Below, piece by piece: positions 19,297 through 29,811 of a stretch of 64,000 nt of DNA. A program made the position numbers and the translations under genes. The notes beneath the pieces were generated by a model. The model was given only the letters and a program-made list of their open reading frames with translations, made no database searches and was not told the DNA's origin. Within the stretch, counting starts at the first letter, position 1; every line of letters starts with the position of its first letter. The stretch is from Spirochaetia bacterium (GTDB lineage: Bacteria > Spirochaetota > Spirochaetia > CAKZLE01): positions 416,001-480,000 of the forward strand of contig OY782041.1 of assembly GCA_963677595.1 (NCBI GenBank). Reading direction: 5' to 3'.

Positions 19297-20439
19297 TTAG
19301 TTATTCCACTTTGAACTCTTAGAAGCTACAGCTTTTTCTACTGTTTCCAGAGTCTCCGCTAAAGAACCATCGCTTTTTGAGATAGTGAATCCAGTTTTTA
19401 TTACTGAGTCAGACACACCATAAACTTTAGCTAAAGCTTCCCAATAGTTTATCATAGTTTCGGATGTCACTTCTTCAAGAGATTTATCAGAATGTGATGT
19501 TACAGGTTTTGAGAAAGCACCTGCCAGATTCCACAGTTTACCATCATCCCGTATTAGGACTAAAACAGAGAAAGGTGGATTATGGGCTGCCATGGAATTC
19601 TGCTTACCGGTAGGTATAGACTCGATGAATGATCTAATAAAACCGCCAACCGTTGCTGAGGTAAGATAAGAGTTGAACCCTAGATTGCTGTACAAAGAAG
19701 AAACATCAATATTGGCATACCGATAATGGCAAGACCCATTCATCTCTGTATATCCGATCATCCCAGCTCCAGTCTCATCTTCAGCATTCAGATCATCAAC
19801 TGCGGTGAAGTAATCAATATCCATCGAGACTTTATGAGATGAGATACTATGGGCGACCTGACACGATGCGTCAACATTCAGTGTTTTATCATCTGCAAAC
19901 ATTCGTCCGAACAAAGCAATGTCGGCAGCATAGGCTTTACCTGTATTTGAAAAGATCTTCTTCATTTCTTTTATAATCTTCTTACGAGCTGAATCATTTG
20001 TATTTTCCATTAGCAGTATATCTTTGTTTACCACCAACTGACTTACAAGTTCTTGGATATCCTGCTCTCCTATATATAGAAGATACTCCGTATCTGTCTT
20101 TTTTTTAATCTTCACGCCAATAATCTCAGTAATGCTTATCTCACTTAATTTCACAGCTTCTTCTTCATCCAATGCAAATGAGGATACCAGTTGCTGTATG
20201 ATCTCACCCATGATCTTCTTTGTTCTGATTCCGGTATCACCACCAGCACCTTTCACTGTTTCAGTAAATACAGGATTGGTTCTAATTGCTCGTTTCCATG
20301 CCTGACTACTGATTCTAGCTCTCCGTACTCCTCCAAACACACAGTCCTTGGGACTCCCGACATCATCTCGATTCAGGTTGTTTGTTGTAAAATTCTGAAT
20401 TGCATGAATCTCAACATATAATCTTCTTTCATTTGCCAT
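19297..20439 (-). CDS. cas7e: Cas7e (CasC/Cse4)
   Basis: NLNRDDVGSPK..FGGVRRARISSQ, DIALFGRM, DYFTAVDD and PTGKQNS. Confidence 0.96.
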   Translation of the reverse strand: MANERRLYVEIHAIQNFTTNNLNRDDVGSPKDCVFGGVRRARISSQAWKRAIRTNPVFTETVKGAGGDTGIRTKKIMGEIIQQLVSSFALDEEEAVKLSEISITEIIGVKIKKKTDTEYLLYIGEQDIQELVSQLVVNKDILLMENTNDSARKKIIKEMKKIFSNTGKAYAADIALFGRMFADDKTLNVDASCQVAHSISSHKVSMDIDYFTAVDDLNAEDETGAGMIGYTEMNGSCHYRYANIDVSSLYSNLGFNSYLTSATVGGFIRSFIESIPTGKQNSMAAHNPPFSVLVLIRDDGKLWNLAGAFSKPVTSHSDKSLEEVTSETMINYWEALAKVYGVSDSVIKTGFTISKSDGSLAETLETVEKAVASKSSKWNN

Positions 20440-20461
20440 AGTGTAATCCTCCAATGTGATT

Positions 20462-21073
20462 TTATCCTCTGTAGAAATCAGAAACCCAACGCTTCTGTAC
20501 CGAATTATCCTCGTTTGTCCAAAATGCGATATCCATCGCTAACGCCTCATAGTCCTTGAAGGACATCGGAGTAGTTGTTTTAGATATCCGTTGGACAATC
20601 CCACGCAAACGCCTGCCTAAAAAATCCATCTCCGTAGAGATTATTGTCTTCAATAACCGTTCTGTGCTTGAGATTTTATCATTACCTGAAGGATCAGCAT
20701 GCATCTTCTCTTCCAACTCCAGTTGATGCAATTTTGCTCCAATAGACGAACCATACTTTCCCTCAATCTCAGTTTGATCAGTATTTCTAGCCGGCCCAAC
20801 AGAAGGGGGGAACATGCTATATACCTGTGCAATTATCAACGCCTCTTCAATATATAGAGATTTCCTTGATCTACTACTGACTGGCAGGTGTGGAATAATA
20901 TAGGGATAAGCAGAGACTTCAAATACCCCTCCCCTTATCGAATTCCTTAATTGTGCAAAAGCCCCTGTATCACCTCGATTTCCAAACTCAGATGAATTCT
21001 TTGGTTGGAGCTTCCATAACTCAAAAACGAGTTTCTTTGGCCAAGGTATCTTTTTCTGTCCTGTATCGACCAT
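20462..21073 (-). CDS. cse2: Cas11e small subunit (CasB/Cse2)
   Basis: Lies between cas8e and cas7e; GAFAQLR, ERL and LA.D..W..QKRW..DFY. Confidence 0.82.
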   Translation of the reverse strand: MVDTGQKKIPWPKKLVFELWKLQPKNSSEFGNRGDTGAFAQLRNSIRGGVFEVSAYPYIIPHLPVSSRSRKSLYIEEALIIAQVYSMFPPSVGPARNTDQTEIEGKYGSSIGAKLHQLELEEKMHADPSGNDKISSTERLLKTIISTEMDFLGRRLRGIVQRISKTTTPMSFKDYEALAMDIAFWTNEDNSVQKRWVSDFYRG

Positions 21074-21077
21074 GTTC

Positions 21078-22703
21078 CTACACCTCCTGCAATAATAGGC
21101 CTAAAGCCTGTTTCTTCTTGTATATACTACGTCTTAAAAACCGTCTTGCTTTCTCTTGTGCTGGAAATAATCGTATATCATTCTTCACGAATTGGTTGAA
21201 AAAACCAGCAATGCTCTCTTCGGCAATCTGAAATACTGTCATCAGAAATTCGTTGCTTTCAGGGTTTGCATCTAAACTATGTATGAACTTTGTAAATGTA
21301 GTTTCTAAAGCAGCCCAATAACAACGAAGAACATAACTATTACGTGCAAATCTGACAGCACTGGAATCTTTACGCGACTTTCCTTGATCTTCCCCTAGTG
21401 CTTCTGCATAGAATCGTTCCAACGTATACTGAATGGTCCCACCCATTTCTTCTGCTAATTCCAGATTTGTTTTTATGAATTGTATGAGTTGCGGATTCTG
21501 GCCATCCACCAAATGCATCGGTAAGTTCAATGACTCCTTACGCCATAGAAGAGGTTTTGCTTTATCATTAGCCAGTGCCATAACAGAGACAGATCGCCAA
21601 TTTGAAAGATCTTTGTAATATTTTCGATAAGAGTTATAGATCCGTATCGATTGAGGAGAGATATAGGCTCTATTCTGCTTCTGGGAGACTGCACCTATCA
21701 ATGCTCCGATATCTCTCCATACCGCTCTCTCAGGGGCTAGACTCACCACATGGTATTCCTGTTTCTTTAGATCTTTGCCTTTGGATGTCCAGGGCTCATC
21801 CATGACATCCTGTACCACACCTTGAGCAATAGCAATACACTCAATACTAGCAGCAGATCCATTTGATAAATTGGGAATCAGACGAACATATCTTGACCAT
21901 GGAAGAAACATCTCAAGGAATGAAGGGTTAAGTGGATTACCTTCTCGCCCAGCATGCGGTAGCCTCGTAAAATCTGCAGGCAGATTCTGGGCCCAAGGAG
22001 GGTTGCCAAGGTTTTGAATAGACCTTGTATTACCTACTATCCGAAATTTCTTCGGGATCGTATTGAATAGGATTGTTTCAAATAGTGAATCCCCATCAAC
22101 TAATGTAGGCATTCCTGCAACCAATGAGGCATGATTGTAACTTTTCTGAAGACCAAGATAGTTCGTTGTTTTTTTATTTAGACCTCCTAAAGAAAAGAAC
22201 TGCGACGTTACCAGCAATCGAGCTGATTCTTGTGGACTATATGATTTTATATGCGTATCGAGTCTATGGGAGAAAAGCGTTTTATTGTTACCAGAAGCTT
22301 CAGCTAGATCTAACGTGACTAAGGGAACAGGTCTCTCATCCCCTGTTTTTGTATCTATATTCTTCAAACCCGGTATTTGCCAGAATGGATATTTTGGATG
22401 AAACAGGTAGAATCGATCTTTCCATGGAGATTCTTCAAAATACTCCTTAAGGAGTCTCTCATCAAAATGGTATAAGGTGAATCTCTCTTTCCAATCCTTC
22501 TCATCCTTAATATCACCAAACATATGCTGTACGAGCCCTACCAGCATCCGAAGTATACTGATTGATTCCAACGGGGAGTTCAACTCTAACTCTTTGATCT
22601 CATGTGCATCCTTCAACAGATTAGATAATCCGCATGAGATTGATGAGCCATCTTTATAAACCACGGGAATCCAGGGTTCATAACGTAAATCATACATGTC
22701 CAT
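21078..22703 (-). CDS. cas8e: Cas8e large subunit (CasA/Cse1)
   Basis: DL..EPWIPV, RF.LFHP..PF.Q, GNN.TLF.H and LFET..N. Confidence 0.9.
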   Translation of the reverse strand: MDMYDLRYEPWIPVVYKDGSSISCGLSNLLKDAHEIKELELNSPLESISILRMLVGLVQHMFGDIKDEKDWKERFTLYHFDERLLKEYFEESPWKDRFYLFHPKYPFWQIPGLKNIDTKTGDERPVPLVTLDLAEASGNNKTLFSHRLDTHIKSYSPQESARLLVTSQFFSLGGLNKKTTNYLGLQKSYNHASLVAGMPTLVDGDSLFETILFNTIPKKFRIVGNTRSIQNLGNPPWAQNLPADFTRLPHAGREGNPLNPSFLEMFLPWSRYVRLIPNLSNGSAASIECIAIAQGVVQDVMDEPWTSKGKDLKKQEYHVVSLAPERAVWRDIGALIGAVSQKQNRAYISPQSIRIYNSYRKYYKDLSNWRSVSVMALANDKAKPLLWRKESLNLPMHLVDGQNPQLIQFIKTNLELAEEMGGTIQYTLERFYAEALGEDQGKSRKDSSAVRFARNSYVLRCYWAALETTFTKFIHSLDANPESNEFLMTVFQIAEESIAGFFNQFVKNDIRLFPAQEKARRFLRRSIYKKKQALGLLLQEV

Positions 22704-22735
22704 ATGCTAAATCCTCCTAAAGATGTAGAACACTT

Positions 22736-24613
22736 TCACATAATCGAGAGTCCTGTTTCGTTACTGTATCTGAAGACAATACCCTCTATCGAGGCTTGTG
22801 AATTAGACAACACGAGAGGACGAGCTCCCGCTAGAAACCAATGAGATTTCCAGACTTCAGGTACTTCCATTGCTAACAGTTTCTTTACAGCATGCGTAGA
22901 AGTAACTTTTACCGAACGATTGATTAGTATCTTAGGATCGGCATTTTCAGAAACGTTCTCGCTCAACAGCACAACATCAATTGACAAGCCTCCGAGTCTC
23001 GTAGCAATTCTTTCATCTTCAAGATCAAAGAACCTATCAGCAAGTAATGTAAGACCTGGGTCATACTCAAAGGCTTGAACAGGACTCAAGGATACATGAT
23101 TTGCTTGATTTCTTTGTGCATATTTGACTCCAAGAGCCTCTTCTTCCCAGAGTTCGAATTGTTCCTTTAGATCAGGAGGTATTGAAATAGTTCTCTCCTC
23201 CTCATCATAGACCATCGCTAACAATGAACTGTCATCTCCAGGCAGCTCGATACTATCTCCACAGGTCTTCAGAGCTTGTAGGCTCTTTGCCAATACAGCT
23301 GGCAGGTATACTGCTGACGGTCCTGATCGGAATCTGAAAGTGGCTTCTTCCGGGATTAAGATGGCCATTACGGGCGTGGCATGAGAATTCCTTTCCCGAG
23401 TATGCCTATGCAGCCGGCCTGCCCGTTGTATCAGCAGGTCAATGGGAGCTAGATCAGAGATAAGGAAATCAAAATCAATATCCAGGCTCTGCTCAAGCAC
23501 CTGAGTCCCAATGATCACAGCTCTCTCGGGTCTATCACTTGATTTAGGCCCCAGCAAGTTGGAAAGGTCCTGTTCCCAAGCATGCCTGTCTTCTCTCGTG
23601 AATCGCGAGTGGGCAAGTAGTACAGGTATCGAGGGATCTATAGTATCTCTTACTCTTTCTGCAACATTCTGGGCATCACTAACTGTATTCAGAATACACC
23701 CTATACAACCCCCCTTTTCCACTTCTGTCAGCAACAGGTCAGTTATTTGATTGTAGAACTCATCATCAGTGATACAAGAATGAATCAAACGGAGGAAGAC
23801 TGGCTTGCCCGGGATATCAGGAATCGGTTCTGATTGAATAAGCTCGTCAGTACACACAGTAATATTCGGACCCGCAAGCAGGTCCATTTTTTCATATTGC
23901 GTATTCCCGGAGTAGGCAGAGATCAAGTCAAGTTTCATTTGAACGGGTAATGTCGCAGATAACAAAACAACAGGGGTCCCTATTGCATGCAGCCAAGAGA
24001 GTAGGTCACAGATGATACTGCTCATATATGAGTCATAGGCATGTATCTCATCAATCACGACGGTCTTGTCAAATAAACCTAACATCCTCACAAACTGGTG
24101 TTTGGTGAGCATGCTAGCAAGCATAATCTGGTCAACCGTCCCAACAGCATTTCTTGCCAGGAGGGCCCGTTTCCGCCCATTGAACCAATCATAAGCCAGG
24201 ACAGTTTCGTCAGACCCGTTTCCTGTTCGCCCCCTAGCTAATAGTGTCTTAAAATCTTCATTCATAAATGATTCAGATTGAGCTAAATGAAACGAGGTCG
24301 GAGAGTCTTGATATAGCCTCTGGAGGAAACTCTTGATCCTTAAGAACATCGCATTGGTTGTTGCCATCGTTGGTAATCCAACATACAATCCCCCAGTCCC
24401 TATCAACCCCTGATTTCTCCTCAAAGCATAGGAATATGCACAGGCTTCCGTTTTTCCAGTTCCTGTTGGGGATTCAACTATAGCCATGTAGGGTTTTTCA
24501 AGCTTACCGGTCATTTCAGCCAGCAGCGTCTGTCCGCTGTTTGGGATCCATGCTGAATCCCCATCCTCTGGGCTGAATAGATCATTAAAAAGAGCTTCTC
24601 TGAGTTTACTCAT
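22736..24613 (-). CDS. cas3: Cas3' helicase (separate ORF)
   Basis: PTGTGKTE, DEIH, LSAT, HSRF, EQSLDIDFD and QRAGRLHRH. Its ATG overlaps the end of the HD ORF. Confidence 0.92.
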   Translation of the reverse strand: MSKLREALFNDLFSPEDGDSAWIPNSGQTLLAEMTGKLEKPYMAIVESPTGTGKTEACAYSYALRRNQGLIGTGGLYVGLPTMATTNAMFLRIKSFLQRLYQDSPTSFHLAQSESFMNEDFKTLLARGRTGNGSDETVLAYDWFNGRKRALLARNAVGTVDQIMLASMLTKHQFVRMLGLFDKTVVIDEIHAYDSYMSSIICDLLSWLHAIGTPVVLLSATLPVQMKLDLISAYSGNTQYEKMDLLAGPNITVCTDELIQSEPIPDIPGKPVFLRLIHSCITDDEFYNQITDLLLTEVEKGGCIGCILNTVSDAQNVAERVRDTIDPSIPVLLAHSRFTREDRHAWEQDLSNLLGPKSSDRPERAVIIGTQVLEQSLDIDFDFLISDLAPIDLLIQRAGRLHRHTRERNSHATPVMAILIPEEATFRFRSGPSAVYLPAVLAKSLQALKTCGDSIELPGDDSSLLAMVYDEEERTISIPPDLKEQFELWEEEALGVKYAQRNQANHVSLSPVQAFEYDPGLTLLADRFFDLEDERIATRLGGLSIDVVLLSENVSENADPKILINRSVKVTSTHAVKKLLAMEVPEVWKSHWFLAGARPLVLSNSQASIEGIVFRYSNETGLSIM

Positions 24614-25340
24614 GAACCAATCCCACCTCAATAAGAGTCTTACGGATTTGATCCATCCGAATGGTACGATACGCTTTATCGGTTTCTGCTTTGACAGGAA
24701 ACGGGAGGGATGAGCCTATCCAGTCTGCAAGACTGACCAATCCTGCTCCCAGCATTGTCCACTGTGGTGTGATCCATTCCGGATTATCTGGTAAGGGGAA
24801 TATTTGTTCATCTGGGAACCATAAAGCACAAATGGCTTTTACATGATCCATTCGAGCCTGTTCCCATACGTCATGAATTCTATCATCTGCACCTGGTGCA
24901 TAATAATATCCATGATGTGCTGCAGGAATCTGAGCAAACGCACTGATAATATCAGGATCACAATCAGGCCATAGACACCCAAAGAATGCATCTAGAAATT
25001 CCGCAGTATCCTGTCCATGCGAAGAATGTCCGTTAGTCATCAAAGGTCCTGGATAGCCTTGAGAAAAAAGATCTTGTCCTAAAGACTGTACTTTATTTTG
25101 GAAGATAGCTGTTATCTTGCCAATGTCATGCAAAGCAGCAAGACAACATAATGCTTTCTTGCCGGTGTCCTCTTCCTCATAAGGGCGACATAATATATCT
25201 TGCAGTGAGAAAAAGCGACTATCAATCAGAAACTCTGCGGTGAATCCCACATCTATTGAATGATGATACACCGAGTGTATTGTTTCCCAAGAAATCGGTA
25301 TTTCTGAATCAATAGGAGTTTTTGCCCAAAAGATATCCAT
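24606..25340 (-). CDS. cas3: Cas3'' HD nuclease (separate ORF)
   Basis: FWAK, HSIDV, LHDIGK, AHHG and LADWIGS. Confidence 0.9.
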   Translation of the reverse strand: MDIFWAKTPIDSEIPISWETIHSVYHHSIDVGFTAEFLIDSRFFSLQDILCRPYEEEDTGKKALCCLAALHDIGKITAIFQNKVQSLGQDLFSQGYPGPLMTNGHSSHGQDTAEFLDAFFGCLWPDCDPDIISAFAQIPAAHHGYYYAPGADDRIHDVWEQARMDHVKAICALWFPDEQIFPLPDNPEWITPQWTMLGAGLVSLADWIGSSLPFPVKAETDKAYRTIRMDQIRKTLIEVGLVHE

Positions 25341-25888
25341 CGTTCACCTGTTTACTGTATTTTATGATAAGACCAACCCCGGCTTTCCGGAAGTAATCTC
25401 AATAATAAACATACATACTATTGTAGTGCATCGGGATGTAGGAAACAACCAAAATATGAAATAATTATAGTGTATTAATTGTGTAATTTATAGAAATACT
25501 TCTACCATATTACTTGCTACAGCACACAATACACAGGGCTAAGGTATATCTTAATCTATAATACACTTTTTAACATTATCGCTTATAACTAACTTGTCAA
25601 ATACAGCTCACATACTCTATTTCTGTGTGTAGTTATAGAAAACCTCTTATAAATTTTCTTCCTACGTTTGCAGCAGCACACTTCATAGGTGTGGTTTTTG
25701 AATGCTGTATAGGGGCTACTTCAACCCCCTTACACATTACCCAGGGGCACCTGAACAACCTCACTTGTCTCAACTTATAGGATTTAGCTGATTCCATACG
25801 AGTATCAGCAGAAATCGACTCATCTATACAGTTTGAATAGACACTACTTACTCTTGACGATACTATCTTGACAGGTTATCATATGCAT

Positions 25889-26170
25889 ATGATCATTGGC
25901 TTTGCATCCAAAGAGACAGAGAAGATATGGCTGGGGAAGCTTTCAAAGAAGCTCCCCCAGGATATTCAACAGACAGCTCGACGGAAACTCAGGATGCTGA
26001 ACAATGCTCAAAGGCTTGATGATTTGAAGCTTCCACCCAATAACCGGCTGGAAGTGCTCAAAGGGGATAGGAAGGGATATTTCAGCATACGGATCAATGT
26101 CCAATGGAGAATATGTTTCTCATGGGAACATGGGAATTGTGACCATGTTGAGATAGTGGATTACCACTAG
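25889..26170 (+). CDS. higB: HigB/RelE-family toxin
   Basis: ARRKL.ML, PP.NRLE.LKGDRKG..SIRIN.QWRICF.W and EIVDYH. Confidence 0.94.
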   Translation: MIIGFASKETEKIWLGKLSKKLPQDIQQTARRKLRMLNNAQRLDDLKLPPNNRLEVLKGDRKGYFSIRINVQWRICFSWEHGNCDHVEIVDYH

Positions 26171-26180
26171 GAGGAATAGA

Positions 26181-26471
26181 ATGGACAGATTACCAAATAT
26201 ACATCCAGGTGAGATACTGCTGGAAGAGTTTCTGAAACCCCTGGAGATAAGTGCTTATAGACTCGCGAAAGACATTAATATCCCACAGACTCGTGTTTCA
26301 CTCATCCTGAAGGGAAAGCGACGAATCACTGCAGATACCGCATTACGACTCTCTGCATTTTTCGGCACTACACCGCAATTCTGGCTAGGCCTCCAAGATG
26401 ATTATGATATCGAAGAAGAAAGAGTTCGCATAGAAAAAGAACTTGCGCTCATAACCAGGATCACTGCCTGA
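26181..26471 (+). CDS. higA: HigA antitoxin (XRE HTH)
   Basis: IHPGEILLEEFL, RITADTALRL and FWLGLQ. Confidence 0.95.
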   Translation: MDRLPNIHPGEILLEEFLKPLEISAYRLAKDINIPQTRVSLILKGKRRITADTALRLSAFFGTTPQFWLGLQDDYDIEEERVRIEKELALITRITA

Positions 26472-26711
26472 ATACATATGCCTTGCCCGTAGGCTGGAAT
26501 AGTACGCCGATCTTGACACTCTAAATTTCGCATAGTTTTTACAGCCTTGAGTCCTGCTAATATCTCAAGCCCACCGTATCTAAAGGAGTCGATTTCGACT
26601 CCTTTAACCTACGATATCCCATCTGCTAAACCGTGTGTCAGCATAAAACTCATCATACTGGACAATTTCCACAAATTTCGAAAGAATGTGAGGAAAGGAG
26701 TTCATATTGTG

Positions 26712-27428
26712 ATGAAACGAGAACATGTGCTTCAGGGCCGTGAAGATATCTGCAGCTGTATTCGGCAGCATCGGGAGAAGATGAACAACATGCTGCCCCC
26801 AGCCGTCATCTTCGACATCGACTCCACGATCATGAATACTGAACCCCGTAATCAGCGTATTCTTGCGGAATTAGCTTCTGAACACCCCGAGTTCAGGGAT
26901 TATCTGGCACCGCTAGGACGAGATGGCATCGGCTGGAATATCGCCCGAGCACTGGAACGTGAAGGGTTGTCAGACCCTACCCTGCTGGCACTATCCCTGC
27001 GATTCTGGAAAGACCGATTCTTCCATAACGACTATGTCATCTCTGACGAACCATATCCTGAAGCAATCGACTGCGTGAAAGAACTGGAGGAAGAAGGATT
27101 TCATATCCTGCTCGTTACAGGACGTGATGAGCCTGGAATGGGAATCGGGACGAGGGCTCATTTTGCTGAATACGGACTGGAGGAGCGTGAGACGCTTCGC
27201 TTCTTCCTGAAGCCCGACTTCGCTATGAGCGATGTCGATTTCAAAGGGTCATTCTGCACTGACGCGGCACTGCACTACTCGATCACGGCAACGATGGAGA
27301 ACGAGCCGAAGAATGCGAATCTGTTTAACAGAACATTCCCAGACGCACTCCACATCTTCATCGAGACGATCACCTCGCCGGACCCGGAACCGCTTGATAC
27401 CAGCATCATCCGGGCCCGCTGGTGCTAG
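26712..27428 (+). CDS. HAD-superfamily hydrolase/phosphatase
   Basis: Motif I FDIDST and motif II VTGR. Start placed after AAAGGAG. Confidence 0.75.
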   Translation: MKREHVLQGREDICSCIRQHREKMNNMLPPAVIFDIDSTIMNTEPRNQRILAELASEHPEFRDYLAPLGRDGIGWNIARALEREGLSDPTLLALSLRFWKDRFFHNDYVISDEPYPEAIDCVKELEEEGFHILLVTGRDEPGMGIGTRAHFAEYGLEERETLRFFLKPDFAMSDVDFKGSFCTDAALHYSITATMENEPKNANLFNRTFPDALHIFIETITSPDPEPLDTSIIRARWC

Positions 27429-28930
27429 ATGAATCGCTGCCTGATCTCGGCACTCACATAGTCTAGGATCGATACCGTGACAGCGATGAACCAGACGGCG
27501 ATCCCCGCAGCCCGATAGTCGAGCAGCCTGATATACTGAACGAGCAGGAACCCGATACCGCCTCCACCGACCATACCAATGACCGTTGACATCCTCACGT
27601 TTATGTCCCAGCGATAGATTGTGAAGGAGACGAATGGCGGGATCATCTGCGGGACGACCGCATAGAGGATCGTCTGAAGCCGGGTTGCCCCGGTCGCCTG
27701 GATCGCCTCGATCGGCCCGTCGTCGATGTTCTCGATCGCCTCGGAATAGAGCTTGCCCAGTGCCGCGATCGTATGGATCGTGAGGGCCAGGATACCGGCA
27801 AACGGCCCGAGACCTACCCATACGACGGCGATCAGAGCCCAGATCATCGGTTCGATCGATCGTATAATATTAAGGATAGCCCGCACGATGTAGTAGATCG
27901 CCATTGTGACCCAGGAGCCGGACATGAGGTTACGGGCAGCAAGGAAGCTGACCGGAACCGAGATGATGATACCGAACAGGGTCGCCATCATTCCCATGAA
28001 GATCGTCTCGATCATCAGCTCAATCGTCAGCCGCAGCGGCTCACTGGCCAGCGGGCCGCCCACCTGGAAGGTCTGGCGCGCCTCGACCGTGTGTATCTGC
28101 TGACCCACAGCGCTCGGCGGTACCAGACGGTATGGCATGACGAGATCGAAGGAGAATCCCCCTTCGGCATCGGTCATCACCGTGACGTACTCGCGGTTCT
28201 GCCTCGGTCTGAACTCATTACCCCCGGCATCTGTCCACCATATCTCGGTGAAGGTGTCAGGTTCAAAACCTGAACCCGTGATTTTCAACGTATCACCGAG
28301 GATCATGTTGTTCGCACTGTCGGTATGCGACATATTTCCGAAGTTCGGCTCTGAAAGCAGGTATGGTTCCCCCTCTACCTGCGGAGCAGGTACGGGAGGG
28401 TTCTCCGTATCATCCACGAGGATCTTTGCCTCTGCGGAGATCCTCTCCTCATCATAGGTGATCGCAGCCTCCCAGGGCCAGAGGATCTTGGAGAGAGGCG
28501 GCCATGCGTCAGGGAACTCTTTTGCCATCTTGACCAGGTTGATCTCACTGATCTGCCAGCCGACAGTGAAGAAGAGGATGAGGATCACGACGAAGAGCAT
28601 GGGGCTCTTCTTCTGTTTGCCTGCAAGCAGCCACGCATCACGGCTGTTCCAGAGCCAGACAGCAAGGATCCCGAGGAGCGTCAGGGCAACGAAGAACGGG
28701 GCCCTGGAGAAGGCCTTGGCAAGCTTTGCCGCTGCTGTGACCTCGAGGTGGGCAAGCAGGTTGATCCTCCAGATAGCAAGGCCGATCAGGGTCACCATGG
28801 AGATCAACAGCAGAATACCCCTGCGGACCTGGCCTGCAAGCAGTTGGCCGAAGCCGGGTATCAGGAGGGAGAGGATAGAGAGGGTGATCCGTTTCTTCCC
28901 TGCTTTCGGGGTTCCATCGGACTTGTTCAT
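27425..28930 (-). CDS. phnE: PhnE/PtxC-family ABC permease with an extended N-terminus and a soluble insertion
   Basis: C-terminal LAARN, GKLYSEAIE, EAIQATGA and YRWDINVR..IG.VGGGGIG; 501 aa. Confidence 0.85.
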   Translation of the reverse strand: MNKSDGTPKAGKKRITLSILSLLIPGFGQLLAGQVRRGILLLISMVTLIGLAIWRINLLAHLEVTAAAKLAKAFSRAPFFVALTLLGILAVWLWNSRDAWLLAGKQKKSPMLFVVILILFFTVGWQISEINLVKMAKEFPDAWPPLSKILWPWEAAITYDEERISAEAKILVDDTENPPVPAPQVEGEPYLLSEPNFGNMSHTDSANNMILGDTLKITGSGFEPDTFTEIWWTDAGGNEFRPRQNREYVTVMTDAEGGFSFDLVMPYRLVPPSAVGQQIHTVEARQTFQVGGPLASEPLRLTIELMIETIFMGMMATLFGIIISVPVSFLAARNLMSGSWVTMAIYYIVRAILNIIRSIEPMIWALIAVVWVGLGPFAGILALTIHTIAALGKLYSEAIENIDDGPIEAIQATGATRLQTILYAVVPQMIPPFVSFTIYRWDINVRMSTVIGMVGGGGIGFLLVQYIRLLDYRAAGIAVWFIAVTVSILDYVSAEIRQRFI

Positions 28931-29721
28931 ACGGCACCCCCTTTTCCCGAGATCGAGGCATCATCGACACGGATAGCCTCCTCTCCGTACACTTCCTTGA
29001 ACTGCTCATCCGTCATGGTACGAATATCGGCTCCAGTACCGCGGTAAACTACCTTGCCGTCCTTGAGGCCGACGACTTTCGTGGCATACCGCTGTACGAG
29101 GTCAAGATAATGGAGTGAGCAGATGACCGTGATCCCCTGCTCCCGGTTGAGTTTCTCGAGATAGCCGAGGATCGAATGGGCAAGCACCGGGTCAAGACTG
29201 GCGACCGGTTCGTCTGCCAGGATCAGCTTAGGGTCCTGCATGAGCGCCCGGGCTATCCCTACACGCTGCTGCTGCCCTCCTGAGAGCTCATCGGCACGCT
29301 TCCTGGCTTGGTCCTTGATGCCGACCATCTCGAGGGCATCGAAAGCGCGTTTGCGGTCCTTATCAGGGAAGTGGTAGAGCAGACTCTGCATCGGGTTCAC
29401 ATACCCGAGTCGGCCGGAGAGCACGTTGGTGAGCACGCTCGATCGTTTGACCAGGTTGAAATGCTGGAAGATCATGCCGATCTTCCTCCTGACCTCCCGA
29501 AGCTCTTTCGGCGGGACAGCACTGATCTCGACACCGTCCCAGACGATCGCACCGTCGGTCGGTTCTATCAGCCGGTTGATACAGCGCAGCAGGGTGGATT
29601 TCCCCGACCCTGACAGGCCAATGATCACGAGGAAGTCCCCCTCCTCTACTTCAAAACTGACGCCCTTCAGGGCCTCAGTGCCATCGGGATAGGTCTTTCT
29701 CAAGTCTTTGAATTCCAGCAT
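28927..29721 (-). CDS. phnC: Phosphonate/phosphite ABC ATPase
   Basis: [22 protein letters not shown] and [10 protein letters not shown]. Confidence 0.93.
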   Translation of the reverse strand: MLEFKDLRKTYPDGTEALKGVSFEVEEGDFLVIIGLSGSGKSTLLRCINRLIEPTDGAIVWDGVEISAVPPKELREVRRKIGMIFQHFNLVKRSSVLTNVLSGRLGYVNPMQSLLYHFPDKDRKRAFDALEMVGIKDQARKRADELSGGQQQRVGIARALMQDPKLILADEPVASLDPVLAHSILGYLEKLNREQGITVICSLHYLDLVQRYATKVVGLKDGKVVYRGTGADIRTMTDEQFKEVYGEEAIRVDDASISGKGGAV

Positions 29722-29756
29722 GGCAACCTCTGTTAACTAGGAGAAGATAAGAAAAA

Positions 29757-29800
29757 CCAGGCAGTCGGGAAGCATGGTGATCATGTTCCCGGCAGCCTGG
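29757..29800. terminator. Stem-loop between phnD and phnC
   Basis: Imperfect IR CCAGGCAGTCGGGAA..TTCCCGGCAGCCTGG. Confidence 0.45.
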
Positions 29801-29811
29801 CAAATTGATGG

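Noticed and set aside
25375-25395. Small GC hairpin upstream of cas3 as a CreA-like pseudo-repeat
   Set aside because: Similarity to the repeat is weak and no second pseudo-repeat lies at spacer distance.
25741-25762. CAGGGGCACCTGAACAACC as an IS terminal repeat
   Set aside because: No partner inverted repeat or transposase was seen.
26480-26570. attR copy of the tRNA-Arg 3' end
   Set aside because: Only a few matching bases, so no convincing direct repeat.
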